From Gemmatimonadota bacterium (GTDB lineage: Bacteria > Gemmatimonadota > Gemmatimonadetes > Palauibacterales > Palauibacteraceae): 64,000 nucleotides of DNA. The translations under genes were made by a program, and so were the position numbers. The notes under the pieces were generated by a model, which was not told where the DNA came from, made no database searches, and saw only the letters and a program-made list of their open reading frames with translations. The stretch lies in NCBI GenBank assembly GCA_039588275.1, contig JBDHAC010000027.1:32070-96069 (forward strand). Direction: 5' to 3'. Positions 31,016 through 43,338 of this stretch are shown here, piece by piece. Positions within the stretch are counted from its first letter, which is position 1; every line of letters begins with the position of its first letter.

Positions 31016-33469
31016 GCGGACGACGAGGTTGATGAGCCGGTCCGGTACGTGGATCACCTTGCGGATCTCACCTCCATCCAGCTGCCGGAGCACGTTGTCC
31101 TCGCGCAGCGCCGCTTCCTGCACCGTTTCCTGCGAGGCACCGCGTGCGACGCGGACCATCGCGCGAAGCTTCCCGTTGACCTGAACGGGGATCTCCAGTT
31201 CGTCGACCACGAGCTTCGAGTCGTCGTGCTCCGGCCAGGGCGCGTGGTCGAACACGCTCGGCGACCCGCCCAGACGCTCCCACAGCTCCTCGGCGATGTG
31301 AGGCGCGATGGGGGCCAGCAGGATGACCATTGGCCGTACCTCGTCGACTGACGGCACCCGGCCCTCGGCCCGCACTTGATTCAGATAATCCATCAGCGCC
31401 GCGATCGCGGTGTTGTAGTCGAGGCTCGCCAGGTCCTCGGTGACCTTCTTGATCGTGCCGTGGAGCGCGCGCTCGATACCCTCGTCATCGAACCCGGTTC
31501 GCCCCTCCGACACCGCGCTCGTCACGCTGTCCCACACCTTGTTCAGAAAGCGCTCGGGGCCGGCGAGCCCTACGTCGCGAAAGTCGCCACCGACCTGGAA
31601 CGGACCCAAGAACATGAGATAGGTCCGGAACACGTCCGCGCCGTAACGAGCGATGTACTCGTCCGGCAGGATCACGTTGCCGCGCGACTTCGAGATCTTG
31701 GCTCCCTCCTTGATCAGCAGCCCGTGCTTCTGGAACCTGTGATAGGGTTCCTCGAACTCGAGATGTCCCAGATCGTGGAGCACCATGGTCAGGAAGCGCG
31801 AGTAGAGCAGGTGAAGCACGGCGTGCTCTTCCCCCCCGATGTACATGTCCACCGGGAGCCATTTCTTCGTGCGCACGTCGTCGAACGGGCGATCGTCGAT
31901 GTCGGTGCTCGGGTATCGAAGGAAGTACCAGCCGCTGTCCAGGAACGTGTCGGACACATCGGTCTCGCGGCGCGCCTCGCCGCCACACTCCGGGCAGGTC
32001 GTGCGATAGAACTCCTCCGCGCGCGCCAGCGGGCTGACACCGCTCGCATCCGGACGAAAGTCGTCCACGAACGGTAGCAGGACCGGGAGGTCTTCCTCGG
32101 GCACCGGTCGCAGGCCGCAGCCGTCACAGTAGATGACCGGGATCGGAGGGCCCCAATACCGTTGCCGGGATATGCACCAATCGTGCAGCCGGTAGTTGAC
32201 GTGTGGCGCCGCCAGCTCGCGTTCCGCGAGCCACTCGACGATCGCGTGCCCGCCCGGGTCCGCCTCCATCCCGCTGAAACGATCGGAGTTGATGAGGATC
32301 TCGTCATCGGTGTGCTCGATGAACGCCTGGTCGAGTTGCACGTCGATGGCGGCGGGGTCGGCACCGGGTGACAGCGAAGCGGCCGGCCTCACGACCGGAC
32401 GGATCGAGAGATCGAACTGCCGGGCGAACTCGAAGTCACGCTGATCGTGGGCCGGAACCGCCATGATCGCGCCCGTCCCGTATTCCATCAGGACGTAGTC
32501 CGCGACCCAGATCGGGATCGGCTCCCCCGTGGCCGGGTTGGTCGCGAAGCCGCCCGTGAACACACCCGTCTTCTGCCTGTCTTCGATCTTGCGGCGCTCG
32601 ACCAGGTCGGTGGCGGCCGTGGTGCGCAAGTACGTCTCGACATCGGCGCGCTGGCCGGTGGTCGTCACGCGATCCACGAGAGGGTGCTCGGGCGCGAGCA
32701 CCATGAACGTCGCACCGAAGATCGTGTCGGGTCGGGTCGTGAAGACTTCGATCCTCTCGTCGGTGTCCGGGACCGGAAACCACAGGCGTGCCCCCTCAGA
32801 ACGGCCGATCCAGTTGCGTTGCGCCGTCCGGGTCGTCTCCGACCAGTCGATCCACTCCAGGTTGTCGAGCAAGCGTTCGGCATACTCGGTGATGCGGAAG
32901 AACCACTGACTCAGGAGGCGCTGCTCGACGGGGGTGTCACAGCGTTCGCAGCGTCCGGAGATCACCTGCTCGTTGGCCAGGACGGTCTGGTCCTTGGGAC
33001 ACCAGTTGACCGGAGCCTCCTTCTTCACCGCGAGACCCGCCTTTAACAGCTGCAGGAAGATCCACTGGGTCCAGCGGTAGTAATCGGGGTCAGTCGTGTC
33101 GACCGTGTGCGACCAGTCATACATGAGGCCGGCGCGGCGGAGCATGCGCTCGAAGTTGGCGACGTTGGCCGGGATCAGCTCCATGGGGTGGATGTTCACC
33201 CGGAGGGCATGGTTCTCGGAGTGAATTCCGAACGCGTCATACCCGATGGGCTCGAACACGTCTTCGCCCTGCAGGCGGCGGTAGCGGCCGTAGATGTCGG
33301 CGCCCGTAAACGCGTACAGGTTGCCGACGTGCAGTCCCTCCGCCGATGGATAGGGGTACATCATGAGGTTGAAGAACGGGCGCTCCGCCGACTCGAGGTC
33401 AGGCTGGTTCGTGCCGTGCTCCTCCCAGTAGGTTTGCCACTTCAGCTCGGTCTGTGCCGGATCGTACAT
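31013..33469 (-). CDS. leuS: Leucine--tRNA ligase
   Basis: YPYPSAEGLHVGN, FTTRPDT editing motif, GTGAIMAVPAHD, WCISRQRYWG, KISKS, QVNGKLR. Confidence 0.96.
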   Translation of the reverse strand: MYDPAQTELKWQTYWEEHGTNQPDLESAERPFFNLMMYPYPSAEGLHVGNLYAFTGADIYGRYRRLQGEDVFEPIGYDAFGIHSENHALRVNIHPMELIPANVANFERMLRRAGLMYDWSHTVDTTDPDYYRWTQWIFLQLLKAGLAVKKEAPVNWCPKDQTVLANEQVISGRCERCDTPVEQRLLSQWFFRITEYAERLLDNLEWIDWSETTRTAQRNWIGRSEGARLWFPVPDTDERIEVFTTRPDTIFGATFMVLAPEHPLVDRVTTTGQRADVETYLRTTAATDLVERRKIEDRQKTGVFTGGFATNPATGEPIPIWVADYVLMEYGTGAIMAVPAHDQRDFEFARQFDLSIRPVVRPAASLSPGADPAAIDVQLDQAFIEHTDDEILINSDRFSGMEADPGGHAIVEWLAERELAAPHVNYRLHDWCISRQRYWGPPIPVIYCDGCGLRPVPEEDLPVLLPFVDDFRPDASGVSPLARAEEFYRTTCPECGGEARRETDVSDTFLDSGWYFLRYPSTDIDDRPFDDVRTKKWLPVDMYIGGEEHAVLHLLYSRFLTMVLHDLGHLEFEEPYHRFQKHGLLIKEGAKISKSRGNVILPDEYIARYGADVFRTYLMFLGPFQVGGDFRDVGLAGPERFLNKVWDSVTSAVSEGRTGFDDEGIERALHGTIKKVTEDLASLDYNTAIAALMDYLNQVRAEGRVPSVDEVRPMVILLAPIAPHIAEELWERLGGSPSVFDHAPWPEHDDSKLVVDELEIPVQVNGKLRAMVRVARGASQETVQEAALREDNVLRQLDGGEIRKVIHVPDRLINLVVR

Positions 33470-33681
33470 CGTCTCGCTACGTCGCCCTCCCGGCGATCCT
33501 CCCGTTCCGCCTCACCCCATGCGCCTTCGGCTGCGCCATATACAGCGGCGGCGGATGTCCATGTGGGCACCCGCCGCAGCGGCCCAAACATGGCCCGCAG
33601 ATCCCGATCGAACAATGGCGGGCACCCAGTGCGAGCCGCTTCCCAGCCGCTCCACGCTCGCGACGCGATGGCCGATGCAGC

Positions 33682-34140
33682 CTAGTCTGATGAGCCTCGC
33701 AGCAACCCATCCAGGCTGAACCGACCGGGGCCGGCCGCGACCAGAAACAGGAAGATGAAGCAGAACAAGATCGGGAGCTCGCCGCGGTTCTGGATCGGCC
33801 AACCACCGTTCGGAAAATGCCGCCACCAGAAGACGACGGCCATCTCGCCCGCAAGCAGGAGAGCGACGTGCCTCGTCCACAGCCCTAGCAGGATCAGAAT
33901 CCCTCCGAAGAACTCGAGCATGCCCGCTACACCGATCGGCCACGAGAACCATGGGACCCCGCCGCTCTCACGTCCGAGCCAGCCAAAGAGCTTCTGTGCG
34001 CCGTGCTGCCAGAACATGAGTCCTGTCACCATGCGCAGGATGCCATGCGCGAGGCCCACGCGCCGGCCGCCGGCCACGAGGCCGGCGCTGTCCGCCCCAG
34101 CCGAAGTTCTCTCCGCATCGCTCACGTGGGTCTCACGCAT
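33682..34140 (-). CDS. DoxX family membrane protein
   Basis: HGAQKLFG, EFFGG, GEMAV, GPGRFSLD. Confidence 0.88.
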   Translation of the reverse strand: MRETHVSDAERTSAGADSAGLVAGGRRVGLAHGILRMVTGLMFWQHGAQKLFGWLGRESGGVPWFSWPIGVAGMLEFFGGILILLGLWTRHVALLLAGEMAVVFWWRHFPNGGWPIQNRGELPILFCFIFLFLVAAGPGRFSLDGLLRGSSD

Positions 34141-34190
34141 GCCATCGCTCCCCCCTGATCAGGTAGGGGTTTGGGACAGATCCTCTTTGA

Positions 34191-35387
34191 TCACGATAGG
34201 GCTCGGGACAGGTCCTCGATCAGGTCGCCCGGGTCCTCGAGCCCGACGGATACCCTCAAGATGCCTGGCTGGATTCCCATCTCGCGGCGTCTCGCCTCGG
34301 GCAGGACGCTGTGACTCATCGTGTATGGGTGTTGAACCAACGTATCCAGCGTGCCCAGGGTCGGGGCCAGTGTGATCAGCGACAGCCGATCGACCACGGC
34401 GAGCGCTTCCTGCTCGCCACCGGCCACCTCGAAGGAGAGCATGGGCCCACCGGACGTCAGTTGGCCTGCCGGGAGCTCTCCAGGATCCGGATAGAACACC
34501 CGCTCGACCCGCGGGTGGTCCTCTAGCATGCGCGCCAATGCCTCCGCGTTCGCGACGTGCCGCTCCATCCGCACCGCCAGGGTCCGCAGTCCAAGTCCCG
34601 TCATCCATGCCGCGAAGGGATCGGCCACCCCACCGAAGTTCTGTCGGAGAGGGTCGATCTTCGCGGTCAGGATCTCGGCGGCCCCGGACACTACACCGCC
34701 GAGCACGACCCCGTACCCGCTCATGAACTTCGTGGTGCTGTGCAGGACGAGGTCCGCCCCCCAGGCCAGCGGGCGCAACAACGCCGGAGTCGCGAAGGTG
34801 GCGTCGACCGCAAGACGTGCACCGGCTTCGTGCGCGATCTGTGCCGCGCGTCGCACATCCGTCAACTGAAGAAGGGGGTTCGCCGGACTCTCGATGTACA
34901 CGAGCGCGGGCGGCATGTCACGGGCGACCGCAGTGCCGAGCGCCTCCAGGTCGCCGACCGGCGCGAGGTCCACCCGTACTCCGAGCTCATCCAGGCGGCC
35001 GACCATGGCCTCCGTCGTTCCGTAGATGCCCGACTGGCAGACCACTCGCCCCCCAGCACCCATGGCGAGGATCACGGCAGAGATCGCCGCCATCCCCGAA
35101 CCGAAGAAGCGCGAGTCGGCATCCTCCGACGCCTGTAGCGTCCCCTCCGCGACCTCGACGGGCGCTCGCTCGAGAGCCGCGATGTGTCGCTCGAGCGCGC
35201 GCACGGTGGGGTTCGCCTTACGGCTGTAGATGTAACCGGAGCCTCCGAAGGCCTCGATCGCCTCGTGCGCCGCGGGGAAGGTGAACGCCGTTGTCTGGAA
35301 GATCGGTGCGACGTGGGCCTCGGCCGTCGACGTGGCCTCGCCGGCTCCGTGGACCGCTCGCGTTCCGAAGCCGCTCACGACGCCCAC
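34191..35387 (-). CDS. Cys/Met metabolism PLP-dependent enzyme (cystathionine/methionine gamma-lyase family)
   Basis: PIFQT, YSRKANPT, SGMAAI, ESPANP, VDATFATP, HSTTK, RVSVGLED. Confidence 0.88.
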   Translation of the reverse strand: MGVVSGFGTRAVHGAGEATSTAEAHVAPIFQTTAFTFPAAHEAIEAFGGSGYIYSRKANPTVRALERHIAALERAPVEVAEGTLQASEDADSRFFGSGMAAISAVILAMGAGGRVVCQSGIYGTTEAMVGRLDELGVRVDLAPVGDLEALGTAVARDMPPALVYIESPANPLLQLTDVRRAAQIAHEAGARLAVDATFATPALLRPLAWGADLVLHSTTKFMSGYGVVLGGVVSGAAEILTAKIDPLRQNFGGVADPFAAWMTGLGLRTLAVRMERHVANAEALARMLEDHPRVERVFYPDPGELPAGQLTSGGPMLSFEVAGGEQEALAVVDRLSLITLAPTLGTLDTLVQHPYTMSHSVLPEARRREMGIQPGILRVSVGLEDPGDLIEDLSRALS

Positions 35388-35394
35388 CGCCGGA

Positions 35395-36150
35395 TCATGC
35401 CAAAGCGATCAGCGCCCCGAAGGCGGCGCCGGCTGCCGTCCCGATCCAGTTCACGACGTCGTTGCCGATCCATGACACTCGTTGCTCCCACGCGGCTCCG
35501 ACCCAGGAGTCCACCAGCATTCCGCCCATTCCGCCAAGGCTGACGGCGGTCATCATCTTCGGCTCGCCCCAGGCCGCCGACGCGAGGGCAGCGATCAAGA
35601 GCGCCCCGGCCGCGCCCGAAGTGGAGCCGGCCCAGGACACGCCGCCCGAGCGCCCCGGCTCAACGCGCTGGCCGTTCGTGAGCAGCCGCGTGCCCCCTCG
35701 GACCCACATCCCGATCTCGCTCGCCCAGGTGTCCGCGGTCGCCGCTGCCAGGGCCGCAGCCGCCGCATAGTGGGTGGCCGCTCCGAGTCCCGCTACCCCG
35801 AGTAGAGCGCACAGCGCGGCAACCCCACCGTTCGCGAACACCTGGCTCGCACGTCGCCCTTCGGCATCGCGATCACGCCGCTCGATCGCCGGAACTGCCC
35901 GGGTGCGTCCGGTCTTCGTGAGGATCGACGAAGTGGTGAAGAACGCGATGAGCAGGAGGACGCCAGTCCACCCCTCCCCGAGCAGCAGCGCGATCGCGAC
36001 CAGGACGGCCGCCCCTGCCCCACCCCACGTCAGCCAGCCCACCCGTACCGTCCAAGGCAGCAACGCAGCCGCGATCACGAGGCCGAGGACGGCACCCTGT
36101 GTGACGGTCACGGGCGCTCGAGCCGATTCCCGCGTGTCGCCGAAGCGCAT
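35395..36150 (-). CDS. DUF92 (TMEM19-like) membrane protein
   Basis: QVFANGG, ATADTWASEIG, PGRSGGVS, DSWVGA, NDVVN. Confidence 0.88.
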   Translation of the reverse strand: MRFGDTRESARAPVTVTQGAVLGLVIAAALLPWTVRVGWLTWGGAGAAVLVAIALLLGEGWTGVLLLIAFFTTSSILTKTGRTRAVPAIERRDRDAEGRRASQVFANGGVAALCALLGVAGLGAATHYAAAAALAAATADTWASEIGMWVRGGTRLLTNGQRVEPGRSGGVSWAGSTSGAAGALLIAALASAAWGEPKMMTAVSLGGMGGMLVDSWVGAAWEQRVSWIGNDVVNWIGTAAGAAFGALIALA

Positions 36151-36200
36151 CCGCGGCGCGCCTTGCTCGCACCCAGCGCCCTTCGTAGCCTAGGCGACGT

Positions 36201-36848
36201 ATGGGACACGACAACGATTTCCGCGGCCATGTCGCCTCGTCGGTCGCCCTCGCGCTGCTGGAATCGCTGCGCGCGGCCGATACTCCCGCCGATGAAGCGG
36301 CGCTCCACGAAGCCGTCCTCCCGCTCAACCTGCGACGGCGTCTCGGCCTGTCGAGCGTCATCGAGGATCAGATCAAGCGGTACTCCGATCGGAGTGGCGA
36401 TGGCGTTTCGGCCCACGAGGTCGCCAGCCTGTTCGAGTTGATCAGCCGGAGGGATGACGCCACGCGCGTGTTCTCCGAGGCGGGCCGACGGCTCGCGCAG
36501 ACCGAGCTCGACGATCGGCGGCTCGGAGCTCGGCTCGGGGCCCGAGCGCTCCCGCACGGGGCTCGCGAGCGGCTCGCTTGGAGGCGCGTGCGCCGCATCG
36601 CGAAGGCGGTGAGCCCGAGGGGCCGAGTCCACATAAGACGGAGGCCCGCCAAGCTCGTCGTGGAGAAGTGTCTGCCCGCCCGCGCCGTCGAGGGCGGATC
36701 GGGATGCTCCCTTCTCCACGGCGTCATCGAGCGGATCCTGGACGAGTATCGAGCGGGCGGGGCTCGAATCGTCCACGAGCAATGTGAGAGCCGGGCGGAG
36801 GAGCGCTGCCTGTGGCTGGTGGAGGCCAACGGCTCGCACTCGTCCTGA
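36201..36848 (+). CDS. Hypothetical protein with V4R-like C-terminus
   Basis: C..C and HEQCESRAEERCLW cysteine pattern resembling V4R domains. Confidence 0.6.
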   Translation: MGHDNDFRGHVASSVALALLESLRAADTPADEAALHEAVLPLNLRRRLGLSSVIEDQIKRYSDRSGDGVSAHEVASLFELISRRDDATRVFSEAGRRLAQTELDDRRLGARLGARALPHGARERLAWRRVRRIAKAVSPRGRVHIRRRPAKLVVEKCLPARAVEGGSGCSLLHGVIERILDEYRAGGARIVHEQCESRAEERCLWLVEANGSHSS

Positions 36849-36877
36849 GAGACCGGGAAGAACCCCCCGCGGCAGCC

Positions 36878-37759
36878 TCAGACCTCACCGCCCGGGCCGG
36901 GCGCGGCCGGCTCGACATGGACCACCACCCGCGAGAAGCCGACGTGCTCCTCCAGTCGCTTTTCCACCTCGTCGGCGATCTCGTGCCCCGATACCACGCT
37001 CTCGCCGGGGTCGACGTGAATCGTGAGCTCTGCGAATGCAGCGCTCCGACGGCCTCGCGACCGGATCTGGCTTGCCTCGAGCACGCCCGGCGTCTGTACC
37101 GCGACGGTACGGATTCGCTCGGCCTCCAGGGCCCGCTCGTCCACCAGGACCGGAATGGTTCGCCTCAAGATCTGGACGCCGCTGTACGCGATGACGCCGG
37201 CCACCAGGATGGCCAGGATCGCATCGGCCGCGCCGAGCCCCAGGTGGACGAGCACCAGCCCACCGAGCACCGCGGCGGTCACCAGCACGTCCGCGGCGGT
37301 GTGACGCGCGTCAGCCTCAAGCACCTCGCTGTCCAGGAGCCGGGCGTAGCGGGACTCCGCCCCGGCGACCGCCAGGTTGACGATCATCGCCCCACCCAAC
37401 ACCGCGAACATGATCGGCTCCACCCGTGGGGGCGTCCCCCCGGAGACCAAGCGACCGATGGCTCCCTCGAGCAGCTCGAAGCACGTGATCGAGAGGAATG
37501 CCGCCACGGCGAAGGCCGCGAGCGTCTCGAACTTTCCGTGACCGTACGGGTGCTGGTCGTCCGGCGGCGCGGCCGCGAGCCGAACCGCCAACAGACCGAC
37601 GACGTTGTTGATCGCGTCGACACCCGAGTGTGCGGCGTCCCCGAGCACGGCGATCGAACCGGATCGAAGACCGATCCACAGCTTCGCGACGATCACGGAC
37701 ACGTTGGCGAGCAGGACCCACCACAGGACGCGCCGCACCCGGGCGCGACGGGTGATCAC
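36878..37759 (-). CDS. Cation diffusion facilitator (CDF) transporter
   Basis: GDAAHSGVD, HPYGHGKFE, ADARHTAAD, VVVHVEP; start uncertain. Confidence 0.92.
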   Translation of the reverse strand: MITRRARVRRVLWWVLLANVSVIVAKLWIGLRSGSIAVLGDAAHSGVDAINNVVGLLAVRLAAAPPDDQHPYGHGKFETLAAFAVAAFLSITCFELLEGAIGRLVSGGTPPRVEPIMFAVLGGAMIVNLAVAGAESRYARLLDSEVLEADARHTAADVLVTAAVLGGLVLVHLGLGAADAILAILVAGVIAYSGVQILRRTIPVLVDERALEAERIRTVAVQTPGVLEASQIRSRGRRSAAFAELTIHVDPGESVVSGHEIADEVEKRLEEHVGFSRVVVHVEPAAPGPGGEV

Positions 37760-37790
37760 CGCGCCACCGTCGTCGCCGAGACCGCCCGGA

Positions 37791-38030
37791 TCAACGCCGC
37801 CAGCGGCCACGCAGGCCACGGTGCCCTGGGGTCCGTCGGCTGCGAGGTGGTGCGCGGCGCCCCATCCCGAACCATCGCAATAGCTGCTTGTAGGGCGCTT
37901 CGCGGGGTGCCCGCCCCGTCGAGGCGAATCGATCGTACCGGCCCGGGTAGCCCAACCCCGCCCAGATCCCGAACGCGAAGGCGATGATCGCGGGGATGGC
38001 CAACAGGATCAGCAGGGTTCGGTCGCTCAT
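37791..38030 (-). CDS. Small single-TM hypothetical protein
   Basis: MSDRTLLILLAIPAIIAFAFGIWAGLGYPG hydrophobic N-terminus followed by a basic tail. Confidence 0.55.
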   Translation of the reverse strand: MSDRTLLILLAIPAIIAFAFGIWAGLGYPGRYDRFASTGRAPREAPYKQLLRWFGMGRRAPPRSRRTPGHRGLRGRWRR

Positions 38031-38190
38031 GTGAGCCCGGCCCACGGTATCCGGCAGATCCCACGTCTGCCCGGCGACGATGCCGGCCCCGGATGTGGCT
38101 GTTTCTTGCGTGTCAAAGCAGACCTTCTTCTAATGTGATCTTCCTAATGTCGGCCTTTGCCAGCCTCCCGCAACGCCCGGGTGAATACCG

Positions 38191-40179
<1,989 letters not shown>

Positions 40180-40213
40180 CTGGAGGAACGGCCGTGTCCG
40201 GGCCCGGTGCGTC

Positions 40214-41473
40214 GTGAGCGCGGTCGGTGCGATGAGCGACGGCCTCGACCCCCGGGCCGCTGGCGGCGGGCGGTGGCGCGCCCTCGCGCTACTCGCGCTG
40301 GCCGAGCTCCTCGCCATGGGTCTGTGGTTCAGCGCCAGCGCCGTGGTCCCGGAGCTGCGCGAAACCTGGCAGCTAACCGACTCGGGCGCGGCGTGGCTCA
40401 CCATCTCCGTTCAGCTCGGATTCGTGACGGGCGCGCTGCTGTCCGCGTTCCTCACGCTCGCCGACGTGTGGGATCCTCGCCGTCTGGTCGCGGGCTCCGC
40501 ACTGCTCGGCGCCGGCGCCACGACTGCGATCGCGGCCCTCGCCGAAGGGCCGGCGGCGGCCCTCCCGCTGCGGTTCCTCACGGGAATGGCGCTCGCGGGG
40601 GTCTACCCGCCCGGCATGAAGATCGTGGCGGGGTGGTACCGGGGCGGACGCGGCATGGCCATCGGCATCCTCGTCGGCGCCCTCACGGTCGGCTCGGCCA
40701 TGCCGCATCTCCTGCGCCCGATCGGGGGGATCGGCGAGTGGCGTCTGGTGCTGTACGGCGCGGCGGGACTGGCGCTCGTTGGAGCGGCGATCGCCGCCTT
40801 CGGACTCGAGCGGGGGCCGTACGAGGCGCCCTCATCGCCGTTCGACCCACATGCGGTGGGACGCATCGTGCGCGATCGGGCGACGATGTTGGCGAACGCC
40901 GGATACTTCGGACACATGTGGGAGCTGTACGCCGTGTGGACGTGGATCCCCGCCTTCCTCGCGGCCAGCTTCGCGTTGGACTCCTCCCCGGCTTCCACGC
41001 CGGAACTGGCGTCGTATCTGGCGTTCGGTACCATCGCGATCGGGGGGCCGGGAGCCTGGTTGGCCGGCGTCTTCGCCGACCGCATCGGGCGGACGGCGGT
41101 GACGAGCGCGAGCATGATCGTGAGCGGAGCATGCTGTCTCTCGGCGGGCACTCTGTTCGGCGCGTCGCCCTGGCTGCTGGCCGCTCTGTGTCTCATCTGG
41201 GGCTTCGCGGTGGTAGCCGACTCGGCGCAATTCTCCACCTGCGTGACCGAGCTCGCTGAACGATCCTACGTCGGCACCGCGCTCACGCTGCAGACGGCGA
41301 TCGGGTTCCTTCTCACGGTGATCACCATCCGTTTGCTCCCGGTGTGGGAGGGGATGTGGACCTGGCGGTGGGCGTTCGTGCCCCTGGCGATCGGCCCCAT
41401 CCTCGGGACCGTTTCGATGCTGCGACTCCGCGCGCGGCCCGAAGCGGCCAGACTCGCAGGAGGGAAGCGCTAG
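40214..41473 (+). CDS. MFS transporter
   Basis: About 12 TM; GVYPPGMK, GHMWELYA, ADRIGR, ADSAQFS. Confidence 0.9.
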   Translation: MSAVGAMSDGLDPRAAGGGRWRALALLALAELLAMGLWFSASAVVPELRETWQLTDSGAAWLTISVQLGFVTGALLSAFLTLADVWDPRRLVAGSALLGAGATTAIAALAEGPAAALPLRFLTGMALAGVYPPGMKIVAGWYRGGRGMAIGILVGALTVGSAMPHLLRPIGGIGEWRLVLYGAAGLALVGAAIAAFGLERGPYEAPSSPFDPHAVGRIVRDRATMLANAGYFGHMWELYAVWTWIPAFLAASFALDSSPASTPELASYLAFGTIAIGGPGAWLAGVFADRIGRTAVTSASMIVSGACCLSAGTLFGASPWLLAALCLIWGFAVVADSAQFSTCVTELAERSYVGTALTLQTAIGFLLTVITIRLLPVWEGMWTWRWAFVPLAIGPILGTVSMLRLRARPEAARLAGGKR

Positions 41474-41586
41474 GGCCAGATCCGAGACGTCCGGCGGGCG
41501 CGGGACTTGTCTCACACATGGCGTCGGTCCTAGGGTTCCGCATCCCCCATGTCCGGTGGGATTCGACGGAACAGGAGCGCACCGTG

Positions 41587-42354
41587 ATGTCTGAAGTGAT
41601 TCCCATGCTCTCCGCCCTGACCGTCTTCGGGCTCGTCGGGTGCTACGCGGCCGCGGCCGCCGGAGAGAGTGACCCGGAAACTCCAGCGCCGACCCAGGCC
41701 GCCTCCCTTCAGAACACGCTGACGACGGAGGAGCGCGAGCAGGGCTTCCGTCTGCTGTTCGACGGCGAGACACTCGAAGGGTGGCGGGGATTCAGACGCG
41801 ACGACGTCCCCGCCGCATGGGTCATCGAGGACGGCGCGCTTCACTTCACGGACCAAGGGGAGCGCGAGGATCGCGGCGACATCATCACGGTCGAGCAGTT
41901 CGGCGACTTCGAGGTCCGCCTCGAGTGGAAGATCTCTCCCGGGGGAAACAGCGGGATCTTCTTCCGGGTGAGCGAGACGACCCAGCGTACCTACGAGAGT
42001 GGACCGGAGATGCAGGTGCTGGACGACGCGCAGCACCCGGATGGCGGGAGCCCGAAGACCTCCGCGGGCTCCAACTATGCCCTGCACGCACCCGACCCCG
42101 GCAACGTGCGGCCGGTCGGGGAGTGGAACGAAGTCCGCATCCTCGCGGTGGGGGGCCATGTCGAGCATTGGCTCAACGGACTGAAGGTCGTGGAGTACGA
42201 GCTCGGCTCGGAGGAATGGGAGCGTCTGGTGGCCGACTCGAAGTTCGCCGAGTGGCCCGATTACGGGCGGCACGCGGTGGGTCACCTCGCGCTTCAGGAT
42301 CACGGGGACCCCGTGTGGTACCGAAACATCCGGGTTCGCTCGATCGGACGTTGA
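41587..42354 (+). CDS. DUF1080 (3-keto-disaccharide hydrolase) domain protein, probably exported
   Basis: LFDGETLEGW, GNSGIFF, EMQVLD, GEWN, HWLNG, LQDHG, YRNIRV; start uncertain. Confidence 0.88.
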   Translation: MSEVIPMLSALTVFGLVGCYAAAAAGESDPETPAPTQAASLQNTLTTEEREQGFRLLFDGETLEGWRGFRRDDVPAAWVIEDGALHFTDQGEREDRGDIITVEQFGDFEVRLEWKISPGGNSGIFFRVSETTQRTYESGPEMQVLDDAQHPDGGSPKTSAGSNYALHAPDPGNVRPVGEWNEVRILAVGGHVEHWLNGLKVVEYELGSEEWERLVADSKFAEWPDYGRHAVGHLALQDHGDPVWYRNIRVRSIGR

Positions 42355-42438
42355 TTCGGGGGCGCGCGCGCCGAGAGCGGCGAACCGTGCGGGCGCGTCT
42401 CGCCCACGACCCGGAGAAGCTTGCAGTGGCCTGCTAGC

Positions 42439-43338
42439 GTGAGCATCACAGGCGATTTCGACGTCCACCTGCTGGACGGCACGTACGAGCTGTTCCGACA
42501 CTTCTACGCGCTTCCTCGACGGTCCAACGCGCTCGGCGAGGAGGTCGCGGCAGCTGCCGGCGTAGTGCGTTCCGTGCTGACCCTCCTGGCCGACGGCGCG
42601 ACGCACGTGGCCGTCGCTACCGATCACGTGATCGAGTCGTTCCGGAACGAGCTGTGGCCGGGCTACAAGGATGGGTCGGGCATCGACCCCGAGCTACGAT
42701 CGCAATTCGGGCTGCTCGAGGAGGCGCTCAGCGCTGCCGGCATCGTCGTGTGGCCCATGGTCGATTTCGAGGCCGATGACGCGCTCGCTTCGGGGGCGAG
42801 GGTCGCGGAAGCCGATCCGCGTGTGCGCCGCGTCCTCATCTGCACCCCGGACAAGGATCTCGCGCAGTGCGTTGTCGGTGAGCGCGTGGTGCAGTTCGAC
42901 CGGCGGCGCCGGCAGCTGCGCGATGAATCAGGGGTGATCGACAAGTTCGGGGTGGCTCCGGAATCGATCCCGGACTATCTGGCGCTCGTCGGGGACAGCG
43001 CCGACGGCTTCCCCGGTCTCCGTGGCTGGGGCCCCAAGTCCACATCCGCCGTGCTTGCGCGGTACGGCCACATGGAGGACATCCCGCTCGACGGCACCCT
43101 GTGGGACGTGGAGGTGAGAGGCGCGGTCGGGCTCGCGCGGACCTTCGCGACGGACATCGAGCACGCACTGCTGTTCCGGGTACTCGCCACACTCGTCCGT
43201 GACGCGACCGTCAGCCCCGCCGTGGACAGCCTCGAGTGGCGCGGCCCGCGCGCATCGTTCCCGGCCATGTGTGACCGCCTCGAGGCGCCCGAGTTACGAG
43301 AACGGGCCCGCGCCGTCGCGGCACGTCGCACGTCCTAA
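42439..43338 (+). CDS. Stand-alone 5'-3' exonuclease / flap endonuclease
   Basis: LLDGTYELFR, FRNELWPGYK, FEADD, PDKDL, LVGDSADGFPGL.GWGPK helix-3-turn-helix. Confidence 0.9.
   Translation: MSITGDFDVHLLDGTYELFRHFYALPRRSNALGEEVAAAAGVVRSVLTLLADGATHVAVATDHVIESFRNELWPGYKDGSGIDPELRSQFGLLEEALSAAGIVVWPMVDFEADDALASGARVAEADPRVRRVLICTPDKDLAQCVVGERVVQFDRRRRQLRDESGVIDKFGVAPESIPDYLALVGDSADGFPGLRGWGPKSTSAVLARYGHMEDIPLDGTLWDVEVRGAVGLARTFATDIEHALLFRVLATLVRDATVSPAVDSLEWRGPRASFPAMCDRLEAPELRERARAVAARRTS

Noticed and set aside
33470..33681. T-box riboswitch upstream of leuS
   Set aside because: No T-box consensus (GGTGG.ACCGCG) on the minus strand; only one GC hairpin at 33548-33577
38131..38150. CRP-like site upstream of acs
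   Set aside because: Only the TGTGA half-site is present; the second half does not match TCACA
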